Numbered from the stretch's first letter, positions 1 to 12,182 are shown. The stretch: 64,000 bases of DNA from Octopus sinensis (GCF_006345805.1 NC_043010.1:50220001-50284000); one strand, 5' to 3'. Numbers and translations are program-made. Notes: generated by a model not told the origin, from the sequence alone.

Positions 1-852
1 TTTTTTAATATTCAAATATTAATTTTAGCTGCAACATTTTAAGTTGGCAAGCATGGTGGCAAGTATGGTGTTCATGCCTAGATGCTCTTCCTAATGCTAA
101 CCACCTTACAGAGTGGTCTGTTTTGGCATGGATGCATGTATGTATATAGTTGTGTGTGTATGTGTGTGTGCATGTGCGTTCATCATCATTTGCACAGTCA
201 CGTTTCTGAGCATGGGTTACATGGAATTCACTGAGGCAGGCTGTCTCTGACTGGATGCCTTTCTTGTTGCCATCTGTTTCTGAGCAAGGTAATATTTCCC
301 TTAGGTTGGATAAGCTTTCATAGAGAATCAGAAACAAGCAACACAGCTTGTGTAACAGTGAGATATGTTTACAACTATTGCACACACACACATGATAGAC
401 TTCTTTCAGTTTCTGCTAATCAAATATACTCAAAAGGTTTTATATATAATATTTATGTATTTATGAAATTATTGTCATATTTATTACAATGAGCATTGAA
501 ATGCTATTAAGAAAATATGCAGGCATAAAATAAATGTATATAAATCTATAGACGTACAATTTTCCCTCTGTCTCTCTCTCTCTATATATGTATATACACA
601 GACATAGACAGATAGATACAAACACGTGTGTATATATCATCATCATCATCATATATGAATAGATAGATAGATTAATAAATAGACAAATATACATATATAT
701 ATATATATGTATATATAAAAAATATGTTTATAGAGATAGATACATGTGTACATGTGTGTGTCTGTGTGCGTGTATTTGCATAAACATGAACATGTATGTG
801 TGTGTGCGTGTGTGTGTGTGTATACTAGCAAATGCAACAACAACCTCAGTAG

Positions 853-1303
853 TCAATAATCATTCTTTTTCTGCCTCCGGTCTTTATGTGAAAATCTTCT
901 GTGATGAGGCTCCTTATGACCCTGATATCCTTGCTGACTGGGTTGCTCATCAAAGTCGTACATACCAAATTGGCGTCTCAGATTGGAGAAATAGGGTTTT
1001 TGCTCATGAGGTGCATATTTATAGGGATTATACCGATAACAATTCTGTTGATAAGGTCTCTGTTGATAGGGTCTCTGTTGATAAGGCAATTGCAGATAGG
1101 GTTCTTGTTGATAAGGCGCTGTTTGATGAGAGTAATTTGGGACATCTTGTGAGTGAAGGGCATTATTAGAAAAATTGTCACCATCTTGTTGTTGCCGTTT
1201 TTTGCTTTTCTGCTTTTTTATCTTGGAATTTGGTAAAGGAAGCTGACTAGACTCTTTTGATTTGCTGTTGGATAGTGAAAAATCAAATTTTCTTGGAACA
1301 AGT
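853..1303 (-). CDS. DUSP11: DUSP11-like terminal exon 10: basic, Q/P/Y/R-rich low-complexity tail
   Basis: tttttatag acceptor in the required phase 2, open to TGA at 853-855 (part of the listed 853..1335 ORF). Confidence 0.82.
1040..1125 (-). repeat. Coding 15-bp tandem repeat encoding about five [QH]Q-x-PY pentapeptides
   Basis: HQTAPY QQEPY LQLPY QQRPY QQRPY QQ in translation; ctgttgata(a/g)ggtct unit on the plus strand. Confidence 0.85.
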
Positions 1304-1456
1304 CTATAAAAATAAAAAATAGAATAAAAAATCATAAAGTAATGAAAAACATATAAATGGTGAGAAAAATATTATTTTGAATTAAACACTTAGAAACATC
1401 TACATATATACATTATTTACATTTAACGGATATCTGTCCTCATCTTGTTTGTTGTT

Positions 1457-1502
1457 AACACAATGTTTCGACTGATATACCCTCCAGCCTTCATCAGGTG
1501 TC
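1457..1502 (-). ncRNA. Degenerate minimal type-I hammerhead ribozyme motif (Penelope-type)
   Basis: GACAC-CUGAUGA-A-GGCUGG(loop)UCAGUC-GAAAC-AUU-GUGUU; stems I and II pair, stem III palindrome broken. Confidence 0.45.
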
Positions 1503-1589
1503 TTGGGGAAATTTGAACCTGGGTTCTCATTCCTAAGGTATTTTTCATCGTTGTTGTTGCTATTGTTATTGTTATTATTATTATTATAT

Positions 1590-2003
1590 ACCTATTTCTT
1601 TACTACCCACAAGGGGCTAAACACAGAGAGGACAAACAAGGACAGACAAATGGATTAAGTCGATTACATCGACCCCAGTGCATAACTGGTACTTATTTAA
1701 TCGACCCTGAAAGGATGAAAGGCAAAGTCGACCTCGGCGGAATTTGAACTCAGAACATAGTGGCAACGAAATACCTATTTCTTTACTACCCACAAGGGGC
1801 TAAACACAGAGAGGACAAACAAGGACAGACAAACGGATTGAGTTGATTACATCAACCCCAGTGCGTAACTGGTACTTATTTAATCGACTCTGAAAGGATG
1901 AAAGGCAAAGTCGACCTCGGCGGAATTTGAACTCAGAACGTAGCGGCAGACAAAATACCAGTAAGCATTTCGCCCGGCGTGCAAAAGATTCTGCCAGCTC
2001 GCC
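1590..2003 (-). mobile_element. SINE family A (head ggcgagctggcagaa, tail aaagaaata), full copy plus fused truncated second unit
   Basis: tRNA-like A/B boxes (tggcagaa..., gagttcaaattcc); many similar copies in the window (e.g. 13000-13150, 24583-24700, 32150-32605, 49210-50030, 61760-61960). Confidence 0.85.
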
Positions 2004-2250
2004 CAAACCACTGCACTGTTTATGGAGACAGATGAGATAACTCACCTTAGATCTCATTCCCCTTTTAATTTGTTACTGAATTTAATCTTATGTATGCATC
2101 ATCATGGCATACCACTCCTGGATGGGATCTGGGATGAGTTGTTAAAACACCTAAAAGGTGTTTTAACACACAGTGCAATAAGAGAGTCATCCTTCAAGGG
2201 CTTTACTGCAACAAACTGGCAAACAAACAAAACACATACATCAAGTTTGA

Positions 2251-2650
2251 AGGCGGTTTAGCTGGCAGAAACGTTAGCATGCCAGGCGAAATGCTTAGCG
2301 GTATTTCGTCTGCCGTTACATTCTGAGTTCAAATTCCGCCGAGGTCGACTTTGCCTTTCATCCTTTCGGGGTCAATTAAATGAGAGCCAGTTACGCATGG
2401 GGGTCGATATAATCAACTTAACCCCTTTGTTTGTCCTCTCTGTGTTTAGCCCCTTGTGGGTAGTAAAGAAATAGGTATTTCCTCTGCCGCTACGTTCTGA
2501 GTTCAAATTCTGCCGAGTTCGACTTTGCCTTTCATCCTTTTGGGGTCAATTAAATGAGTACCAGTTATGCACTGGGGTTGATATAATCAACTTAATCCGT
2601 TTGTTTGTCCTCTTTGTGTTTAGCCCCTTGTGGGTAGTAAAGAAATAAGT
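2251..2650 (+). mobile_element. SINE family A, full copy plus fused truncated second unit
   Basis: Reverse complement of 1590-2003. Confidence 0.85.
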
Positions 2651-3046
2651 ATGTGTAGCTGATAATGTTTACAACACTAGCACTGAGTTTAATTTACTAC
2701 TGAACTCTATCACTGCTTTGTTCTAAATAGGTTTTTTGGCCCTATACAAAGTCAGCTTTATCTCTGAGAAAAGACAGACCACATATATCTGGTCTCTAGA
2801 TTTTGACCTGTCCTGCACAGAAGGCCTTATCAAGAGCTCACACTCCAAAGGTATAGCTCCCAGTGTAACTGAGGCCCACAAGCCCCCATAGCACAAGAAG
2901 AATTAGACCCACTTCACTAAAATACAGCGCTAAATAACAGAATTTTAGAGAAATGACATTTTAATGGAAGGAGAGGAACTGGAGATTCTATTATTGTTTA
3001 AGAAACAAAGTTCCAAAATTAGAAAATCGTAATACAATCAGCTTAC

Positions 3047-3107
3047 CGTAATAGATCAGTTATATAATTTTCTCTTTCCATCTTATGTCCTCGAGCTTTA
3101 TCAAATT
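3047..3107 (-). CDS. DUSP11: DUSP11-like exon 9 (EFDKARGHKMERENYITDLL-R)
   Basis: ttttttag acceptor, GTAAGC donor, F..ARGH..ER.NY..DL motif. Confidence 0.93.
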
Positions 3108-3145
3108 CTAAAAAAGACAAAAATTTATCATTAATTTATCATATA

Positions 3146-3500
3146 CTAGCAGTATCGCCCGGCGTTGCTTGGGTTTGTAAGGGAAATAACTATATAAGCA
3201 CTTTTAGAGATGTAAAGTATAATAGCCATCTCAATATGGCTAACCACAAAGGGGGGGGGTTGTTACTGTAGCTTTTTATGTTCTGAGATTTAATAATAAA
3301 TTTTTAGAGAGTTACTTCCCTTATATATGCCAAAAATGCATTAAAAATGGGAAAAATTGATGGTAAATTTTTTTTTAAATTGTAGACTCATTGTAGATGC
3401 GCGCTAATACCCAGAAGGGCTCGATATGAATCACGACTATAAGATACCCGGTTTTGGTTAAACTGCACCACAAAATGTGGGAGTAGTTAGGAATCTAAAT
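3146..3500 (-). mobile_element. Non-autonomous Helitron-like element, 3' part
   Basis: Minus-strand end CCCAAGCAACGCCGGG...CTAG|T, the same subterminal hairpin and end as 8025-8390. Confidence 0.6.
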
Positions 3501-4513
3501 TCATTCACAAGGCATTGATCAACCTAGAGCTATGATACAAGTCATTTGCCCAATTGAACCAGAAACCACATGGTTGCAAAGTGAGCTTCTTCACCGCACA
3601 GCTATGGCTGCACCTACAGCCATGCCAAAACCAATACTGGTGTTGATCAACTGAAATATCATACAATCATTCATGTTATGAAATTTCATCAACATATTCA
3701 TCCTCATCATCATCAACATCAGTTTTCTATGCTGGCATGGCTGGAAAGTTTGACAAAAGCTGTCCAGGCAGAAGACTCCGCCAGGCTTCACAGTCTATCT
3801 CGGTGCTCTTCCCAACATCAACCAGAGTGAACTAGAGTGAACTGAGTGCTTTTTATGTGACACCAGCACCAGTGAGGGCTGTTTTGCTATGGTTTTTACA
3901 GCTGGATGCCGTTCCAAATGCCAACTACTTTACAGTGTGGCCTGAATGCTTTTTACATGGCACCAGCACTGGTAAGGTTACTAAGACAGATTCTTTGAGC
4001 GGGACAAGATTTTAATTTCATTATTAGTGATAGAAGCAGCATGAATGCCAAAATGTAATATTCATCTCCACTTAAAAGTGGGCATTGTATTAGGACACAA
4101 AATACTGCGATAGTTGCCACTCTTATATTGGTTTTTGGTGCATATAAGCACTCTTGTTTAAATTACAAGAGGGGAGATAAATCACCTGCTATCATCACTG
4201 CCAAGACAGCTAGATCACATGATTTCAGATTTCCCTGGCCTTCTCAATTTTAAGTTTAAATACCAACACTTTGGTACGAGTCGTTTCAAAGAATTTGGAA
4301 ATAAAATGGTAAAACACTTGAAGAAACATCTTCGAAATTAAATATTTTGAATAAAAATGGTAGTTACATGTCTTGTGAAAGAAGCAAAATTTAGTGACTT
4401 TCCTCAAACAAGAGACAATACAAAGCCTACAGAAGGATGTGAGTTATCAATCAATAAGCACGGTTAAACATAAACTAAATGATGCTAAACTTATGGACAA
4501 AAAAATTACTTAC

Positions 4514-4560
4514 CATCAATTGCAACTTGGGGTGGAAAATTCATTTTAGTGATCATGTAT
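4514..4560 (-). CDS. DUSP11: DUSP11-like exon 8 (YMITKMNFPPQVAID)
   Basis: atttcag acceptor, GTAAGT donor, phases match. Confidence 0.88.
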
Positions 4561-5189
4561 CTGAAATGTAGAGTTACCTTTGATATAAACATACATACAT
4601 ACCTATGTACTTACATATATAAATATATAACATATACATAATACAAATAAGAAAATGGAGAAACAAATTCATCTCGTTCATCAACTTACGGATATTACAA
4701 TTTTACATTATTTATTAATTATACAAATAGGAACATCAAAGTCAAACAAAACTTGTTTTGATGAATTTGTTTCTCCATTTTCTTATTTGTATTATGAATT
4801 TACGGTAAAAATATTTTTTACCATCACCCATTTAATACAATAGATGAATTAATTGCATTGCAATTAAAAGCATTTATGTATCAAGAATTTGGGTACTTTA
4901 CCAGCAGTATATTGGATAACTGATATCCCATAGTGGGTTACATTCATAACCCCTATCTTACTTTGTACATATATACATACATATATATGAACACAGGTAA
5001 ACATATACATACATATAAATGTATACAGGTACATATATATATATACATATAGATATATATTCCTTTACTTTGAGAAATATTTTGACTGTTAATAAGAGTT
5101 TGGGCGAGCACAAAGGGTGACCAAAGAAGCCCATCCTAAGTGTATGTGTTCACTTACAACCTATGCTGAGCTACAGTTACAAACGTTCA

Positions 5190-5435
5190 CATTTCCAGTT
5201 TGTTGTTGACAAACAATGGCAGTAATTTTATTCAGCTAAATACGTCATTGATTGGTTGAAATTACTGAAATACGACGACTTTAACAAGAAATAACTTCCA
5301 AAGTACAGAATTTTCTCAACAACGCCAAGAGTAAAAGATGTTTTATGTGACACATTCTACCTGTATACGAAGTTTAAAATTTTTTAGTTACAAAAAATTA
5401 TTTTTTAAAATCTGTCGGTCAAAAGTTAAAGATCC
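5190..5435. mobile_element. Single arm of the long-TIR element family seen complete at 54784-55362
   Basis: Colinear similarity from ggcagtaattttattcagct...cgtcattgattggttgaaatta to terminal taaagatcc. Confidence 0.75.
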
Positions 5436-5877
5436 CAGGCGGGTTCTTTCGAATTGTCCTAGCTAAAAAAAACTTTCATATCTGCAAAAAGGTTGGAGAC
5501 CGGAAAAGTGTCCACTTATAAAACTCTTACCTCAATTAACTGCCATTCTAAGCCACGCTAATTTGAAAAAGAAAACGTTAAATAAAAATAAACATACGAA
5601 GCGTATGCTGTGGGAGATATTTCAAGGGAGGCAACTCTGTTGGTATCAGATGCATAGTATATTAATTGCGATGTAGAAAGGGGGACGTATGAAGATAGAA
5701 GTTCTCTAATGTTCTCTAAACATGATGAGTGTTCCTTTGGAAATTTATAATCCAACTTTTAGAATGCACCACTCCCCCCACCCGCTTACACACACATGTG
5801 CATGTGTATATGTGTGTTTGGACCTAGTCGGTCTGACGGACGAACACGATGTATGTATGCATAGGTATCTGTGTACG

Positions 5878-6247
5878 TACTCTTTACTTGTTTCAGTCAT
5901 TTGACTGCGGCCATGCTGGAGCACCGCCTTTAATCAAGCAACTCGACCCCGGGACTTATTTTTTGTAAGCTCAGTACATATTCTATCGGTCTATTTTGCT
6001 GAACCGCTAAGTGACGGGGACATAAACACACCAGCATCTGTTGTCAAGCAATGCTAGGGGGACAAACACAGACACACAAATATATACACACACACTTATA
6101 TATATATATATATATACATATACATACACATATACGACGGGCTTCTTTCAGTTTCTGTCTACCAAATCCACTCACAAGGCTTTGGTCGGCCCGAGGCTAT
6201 AGTAGAAGACACTTGCCCAAGGTGCCATGCAGTGGGACTGAACCTGG
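5878..6247 (-). mobile_element. SINE family B (tRNA head, internal (CA/TA)n, tail tgaaacaagtaaaga), 5' clipped
   Basis: Near-identical to 58573-58982; other copies at 8668-9008, 23745-24175, 47320-47688, 47853-48245, 50425-50775, 51505-51957, 55825-56530. Confidence 0.85.
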
Positions 6248-6249
6248 AA

Positions 6250-7640
6250 TTCATCATCATCATCATTGTTTAACATCCATTTTCCATGTTGGCATAGGTT
6301 GGATGGTTTGACTGGGGACTGGCAAGCCAGGAGGCCGCACCACGCTCCAATCTGATCTGGCAGTGTTTCTACAGCTGGATGCCAACCACTCCGAGAGTAT
6401 AGTGGGTGCTTTTTATGTCCCACTGGCACTGAAGCCAGTCAGGCAGCACTGGCATTGGTCACGTTCGAATGGTGCATGGGGAGCCAGTCAGGCGGCACTG
6501 GCAATAACCCATGCATGCATGGTGCTTATTGCATGCCACCAGCACGGGAGCCAGCCAGGCAGCACTGGCATCAGCCACAACTACACTTTCCATTTGATTG
6601 TGATTTGATTTGAACTTTGATGTTACTTGACTCAATGGGTCTCCTCAAGCACAGAATGGGCTGGTTATGTGACACTGGTGTAGGCTATGGCTGTGATCTC
6701 ACTTTACTTGCTGGGTTTTCTCAATCACAGCATATCTCCAGAGATCTCAGTCTTTCGCCATTGCCTCACACACATGCATCATACAATCTACCTTTCACTC
6801 TGAGCAAGAGGCCCTTTGTCACCAGTAGAGGTAGGAGCTTTCTGAACTTTGCCCAAGCTATTCTTATTCTAGTGGCAATGCTCTCCGAGCATCCACCCCC
6901 ACTACAGACTTGGTCACCTAGGTAGCAGAAGCTATCAACTACTTCTAGTTTCCCCTCACTGGCATGTGATGGAATCAGTTCTCTGAGCATCTACAGTGTT
7001 TATTGCCCGTGCATCTGCCACACACAAAAGCTATCTTCCTGGTTAACTTTCCTTTGATGTTGCTGCACCTCTTATGTGTCCACAGCTCACACAGGGTACA
7101 TCTTATGGAGTTTTTACCGACACCTTTTCTACAGATCGAGCAGGGCCATCTACCTGAATGGGTTTGTAATGTGTTGTCTTCCTACTTACTAGGACTTTAG
7201 TTTTTGCAACATTGACTCTAAGGCCCTTCAATTCTAAACATTGCTTCCACACCTGAAATTTCTTCTCTAGTTCTGGTAGTGATTCCGCTATGAGAGCAAG
7301 GTCATCAGTATAGAGGAGCTCCCAGGAACAACCTGTCTTGAATTCCTCTGTTATTGCCTGGAAGACTATGATAAATAAGAGGGGGCTGAGGGTGAACCCC
7401 TACTTCTACCTTGATGAGCCCCTACTTCTACCCCAAATTCTTCACTATGCTCAATGCTAACCCTTACCTTCTTAACGGCATCCCTGTACAGCTCTTATTA
7501 ACCACTCGTCAATCCCCAGTTTCTGCATCACCCACCAGATAAGATATCGGAGGACACTATCAAAAGCTTTCTCCAAGTCAACAAAGTCAAGTATAGGGGT
7601 TTATCTTTGGCTAGGTATTTCTCCCGCAGTTGCCATACCA
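6250..7640 (-). mobile_element. Degenerate 5'-truncated RTE-clade LINE (reverse transcriptase fragment, repeat-containing 3' UTR, (GAT)n tail)
   Basis: Minus-strand peptides FVDLEKAFD, WELLYTDDL (YADD-like), FCYLGDQV...RIRIAWAKFRKLLPLL...KGRLYDACV, with stops and frameshifts. Confidence 0.85.
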
Positions 7641-7725
7641 GGAATATAGAAAATAGTATAATTACATATTCTACATATACGCACATATACCACAAGATAA
7701 AAAAAATTCACAAGGCTTATCTTAC

Positions 7726-7786
7726 CGACATATAAAATATCCAGTTCTGTTGAGTCCATGAGTACAGTGGGCAACAATGATTTTAT
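7726..7786 (-). CDS. DUSP11: DUSP11-like exon 7, catalytic P-loop (KIIVAHCTHGLNRTGYFIC-R)
   Basis: HCx5R signature HCTHGLNRTGY; tttttcag acceptor, GTAAGA donor. Confidence 0.95.
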
Positions 7787-8024
7787 CTGAAAAATAAAAC
7801 AAATATGCAAACTCCAATTAACATATTCCAATGTTTCTTCAATGACACACACTCTCATGGGTCTTGTCTTCCATCCAGCAGGGTGTCGAGAAGACACCCT
7901 ACTCCCAAAGAAGAGCTTAGTGGTGATGCCAGTTTAGACACTAATGGCCCAACCATGGAACAGGTTGTACTCAGTAATATGTTACAATTAACACTCAAAA
8001 GTAACTTCACATAGAATATACACG

Positions 8025-8390
8025 TCTCTCTATATATAAAGCTGAAGTTGTCTGTGTATGGCAGGTTTGGTAGTCTTTAACTAACACAATCTCCTCCAAA
8101 ACCCTGCAGCACAAGTTGACAAAAATTGAAAGTATGATAGAAGAAGGTTTGCTATTCCTTACATAGAAGAAAAACTTCAAATCAGACCATGTTAACACCA
8201 AAAATTATTTACATAAAAAAAAGTGCTTTTTTTCTATGAAAATCCCTATTTTTTACAATTTTTTGACTGCTGTGTTGCCATTTTTCAGTGTATTTCAACC
8301 AGAAAAATGTTCACTTAAAGAGAATAACAAGCTACATAATGCAAAATGTAAAATCGAAACAAACCCGAGCAACGCCGGGCGATATGCTAG
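8025..8390 (+). mobile_element. Non-autonomous Helitron-like element
   Basis: 5' TC, subterminal CCCG-AGCAACGC-CGGG hairpin, 3' CTAG followed by T, no TSD; second copy at 20792-21186. Confidence 0.75.
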
Positions 8391-9430
8391 TATATAATAT
8401 ATGCATATATATCATCATCATCATCCTTATATATATAACATCATCATCATTGTTGCCCACTGTACTCATTTCCAGTCTGATTCCAGTCTGATTTGGCTTA
8501 GATTTTATAGCTCAATACCCTTCCTTACACCAACCATTTTGCAGTGTATTCGGGGCGCTATTAACATGGGACTGACACAAGCACTTTTATGTGGTGTTGG
8601 CTCAAATCCTTTTTATATGGCACCAGCATAGTGCTCTTGCAGGCCAGGGTGCGGCATATATATACGTATACTCTTTTACTTGTTTCAGTCATTTGACTGT
8701 GTCTTTGTAAGCCTAGTGCTTATTCATTTGGTCTCTTTTGCCGAACCACTAAGTTATGGCAACATAAACACACCAGCATTGGTTGTCAAGCGATGTTGGG
8801 GTGGGGGTGGGGGGCAAACACAGACACACACACATATATATATACATATATACAACAAGCTTCTTTCAGTTTCCGTCAACCAAATCTACTCACAAGGCTT
8901 TGGTCGACCCGAGGCTATAGTAGAAGACACTTGCCCAAGGTGCCACGCAGTGGGACTGAACCCAGAATCATGTGGTTGGTAAATAAGCTACTTACCACAC
9001 AGCCACTCATCATCATCATCAACTGTCTACTTGTGTATTTTCTCATGAGTCAGGGTAAATTTTTTGAGGTAAATTCTCTATGCTCAACTACCCTTCATGT
9101 TGTCAACCCTCACACACAAAAGAATAGTTGCAATGAATCTTTTTCTTAATATCAACAAAACACCAGAGTCAAGCCTATGAGGGAACCTCTATATGGTCAC
9201 TTAACTTGCTAGAAAGAGCAACCATATCCCCTTTAAAATTACACCCAACCACCTTACAAACAGAAAAGATATAATGAATAACGCAATCACAATTATATCA
9301 AGTTGGTCACAGCTGGAATGCTTATGATCACTGGTCTCATTTACCAGAGCTAACCAGGGATTAATCCACAAACTGCAAAGAAATTGTTTTCTTCTCTATG
9401 CTCAAGATCAAGTCTGGGTAGAGGGTGGGT

Positions 9431-9983
9431 ATCATCATCATCATCATCATCGTTTAACGTCCGCTTTCCATGCTGGCATGGGTTGGATGGTTCAACTGGG
9501 GTCTGGAAAGCCAGAAGGCTGCACCAGGCCCAGTCTGATCTGGCAGTGTTTCTACAGCTGGATGCCCTTCCTAACGCCAACCACTCCGTGAGTGTAGTGG
9601 GTGCTTTTTACGTGCCACCAGCACAGGGACCAGACGAAGCTGGCAACAGCCACGGTCGGATGGTGCTTTTTATGTGCCACTGGCATGGAGGCCAGTCGGG
9701 CGGCACTGGCTACGGCCACGTTCGGATGGTTCTCTTACATGCCACCGGCACTGGTATCACGGCCACAAATTCCATTGATAGATTATGATTTTGATTTTTG
9801 CTTGCCTCGACAGGTCTTCACAAGTGAAGTTTTGTGTCCCAAGAAGGAAAGGAATGCATAAGTGGGCTGGCTACATCCCAGGTATAGGCCATGGGATTAT
9901 GGCCTCACTTGTCCTGCCGGGTCTTCTCACGCACAGCATACTTCTAAAGGTCTCGGTCTCTAGTTATTTCCTCGGTGAGACCT
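9431..9983 (-). mobile_element. RTE LINE 3' end (3' UTR with internal tandem units and (GAT)n tail)
   Basis: Same 3' UTR as the RT-bearing copy at 6250-7640; related copies at 25474-26045, 27150-27407, 63554-63722. Confidence 0.8.
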
Positions 9984-10098
9984 AGCTGATTGAATTTCTT
10001 CTACCCCAATACATTACAGATACATCATTCAGAACTACAAGGAACTTGAAGGAATGAAATATAAAGTTGGGTAAAAACAAACAAACATGTTAACTTAC

Positions 10099-10145
10099 TC
10101 TTCTTAGAATTATCCTTCAAAAAGGCATCAACAGTTTTAAAGAAT
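10099..10145 (-). CDS. DUSP11: DUSP11-like exon 6 (FFKTVDAFLKDNSKK)
   Basis: attccag acceptor, GTAAGT donor, phases match. Confidence 0.87.
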
Positions 10146-10931
10146 CTGGAATATAGGAAAAAAATAAAAAGAGGTAAAACTATATATATAGGTGCAGGTT
10201 TATCTGTGTACGAACTTTTAAGCTTGCTCCTGTGGAGGGCTAATTGGGCCTGCAGCGCAAAACTAAAGGGAACAATAATAATAATCAAGTATGTATTTGT
10301 ACCCTACAAATATGATATTACTTTAACCCTTTAGTGTTCAGATTACTTTGTCAAAAGTTCTATTTGCTTATTCAAATTGTGTTGAATTAATCATGCTTTA
10401 TCTCATAATGTTAAGATTTTAATGATGTGATTGTTTGTTTTCCCAATGACATTGCAAGGTAGGTGTGAAAGGCCAGATCTGACCAGCTTGTACATAAAAC
10501 AGATAGAATATTTAGGCCAGATATGGCCACTGTAAATGCTTATATTTTAAGTTCACAAATTTTTGGAGTTCTTTTAAAATTTGAGTTTTCAACAGCATAT
10601 AACAAATCCTTGTCTTGACCTGGTCCCAATGACAGATATTCAAGAACCAAATGAAGGGCAGATTTTCAATCCTGGGATCATCCTGATTCCAAAAAGGTAT
10701 AATACGCCTATATAGAGCAAATATAGACTGAGATACAGGGGTCCCTGATGGACAGATAGGCAGAATTTTGCATTTATTATTGTATGTATATATATATATA
10801 TCACCGTGACCGACCAGGCCATCAGATGCTGCTACACATCGCTGGTCACAATGCACTTTGCATTGTTTTAGCCTTCAAATGATGCCACCCCGCTGGCTAA
10901 GCGAGCAGGCCAATGTATATATATATATATA

Positions 10932-11431
10932 TATTTATAAATGGAGTTTAACGCAGGTATAATTCAAATACTTTTACTTTCGACATGTTTCCTCTTTCTA
11001 TAGGCTACTTCTGACGTTATATCATATAACGTTTTTTCAAACAATATTAATAGCATTCAGTAAATCACTATACATATCCATCATATTCTGTTAAAATGTC
11101 TTATTGATGAGTATCATTTCTTCATTTCCCTGGAGTGAAGATTACATTGTTTTACACCATTTATTCCTTTGGAATAATATCAGTGAAATCTTCGAAACAT
11201 GTGTCAGAAGTAAAAGTATTTAAATTATACCTGCGTTAAACTCCATTTCTTTATTTATATATTATACAAAAAATTCCACGTAAACCCGAAGTTTCTACCT
11301 TTAAAAACAAGGAGTTACAACCTCTTTACTTGTGTGATTTTTTGCTACCCTGGTAACCATTTGTCTATTTTTTCTGTGTTAATTGTTAACAAGGGAAAAA
11401 TACAATCATCTATTTATATATTTATATATAT

Positions 11432-11462
<31 letters not shown>

Positions 11463-11944
11463 TTATAAATGGAGTTTAACGCAGGTATAATTCAAATACT
11501 TTTACTTTCGACATGTTCCTCTTTCTATAGGCTACTTCTGACGTTATATCATATAACGTTTTTTCAAACAATATTAATAGCATTCAGTAAATCACTATAC
11601 ATATCCATCATATTCTGTTAAAATGTCTTATTGATGAGTATCATTTCTTCATTTCCCTGGAGTGAAGATTACATTGTTTTACACCATTTATTCCTTGGAA
11701 TAATATCAGTGAAATCTTCGAAACATGTGTCAGAAGTAAAAGTATTTAAATTATACCTGCGTTAAACTCCATTTCTTTATTTATATATTATACAAAAAAT
11801 TCCACGTAAACCCGAAGTTTCTACCTTTAAAAACAAGGAGTTACAACCTCTTTACTTGTGTGATTTTTTGCTACCCTGGTAACCATTTGTCTATTTTTTC
11901 TGTGTTAATTGTTAACAAGGGAAAAATACAATCATCTATTTATA

Positions 11945-11947
<3 letters not shown>
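10932..11947. repeat. Tandem duplication, two near-identical units of about 490 bp separated by (TA)n; each has internal inverted repeats of about 55 bp
   Basis: 10932-11420 versus 11461-11947; related diverged copy at 43811-44047. Confidence 0.9.
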
Positions 11948-11987
<40 letters not shown>

Positions 11988-12182
11988 CATATATATATAT
12001 ATATAATGTGTGTGACAAACAGTGTTAGTGTATTTACATCCCCATAACTGAGTGGTTTGGTAAGAGACCAACAGTACATATACCAGGCCAAAAAACAAAG
12101 TACTGGAGCCAATCCAAAGTGCTGCTCCAGCATGGCTGCAGTCTAATGACTGAAACGAGTAAAAGATAACAGATATACGTAC

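Noticed and set aside
744-1169. 141-aa plus-strand ORF with VDKVS/VDRVS repeats
   Set aside because: Antisense shadow of the DUSP11 terminal exon repeats; it begins in a (TG)n microsatellite.
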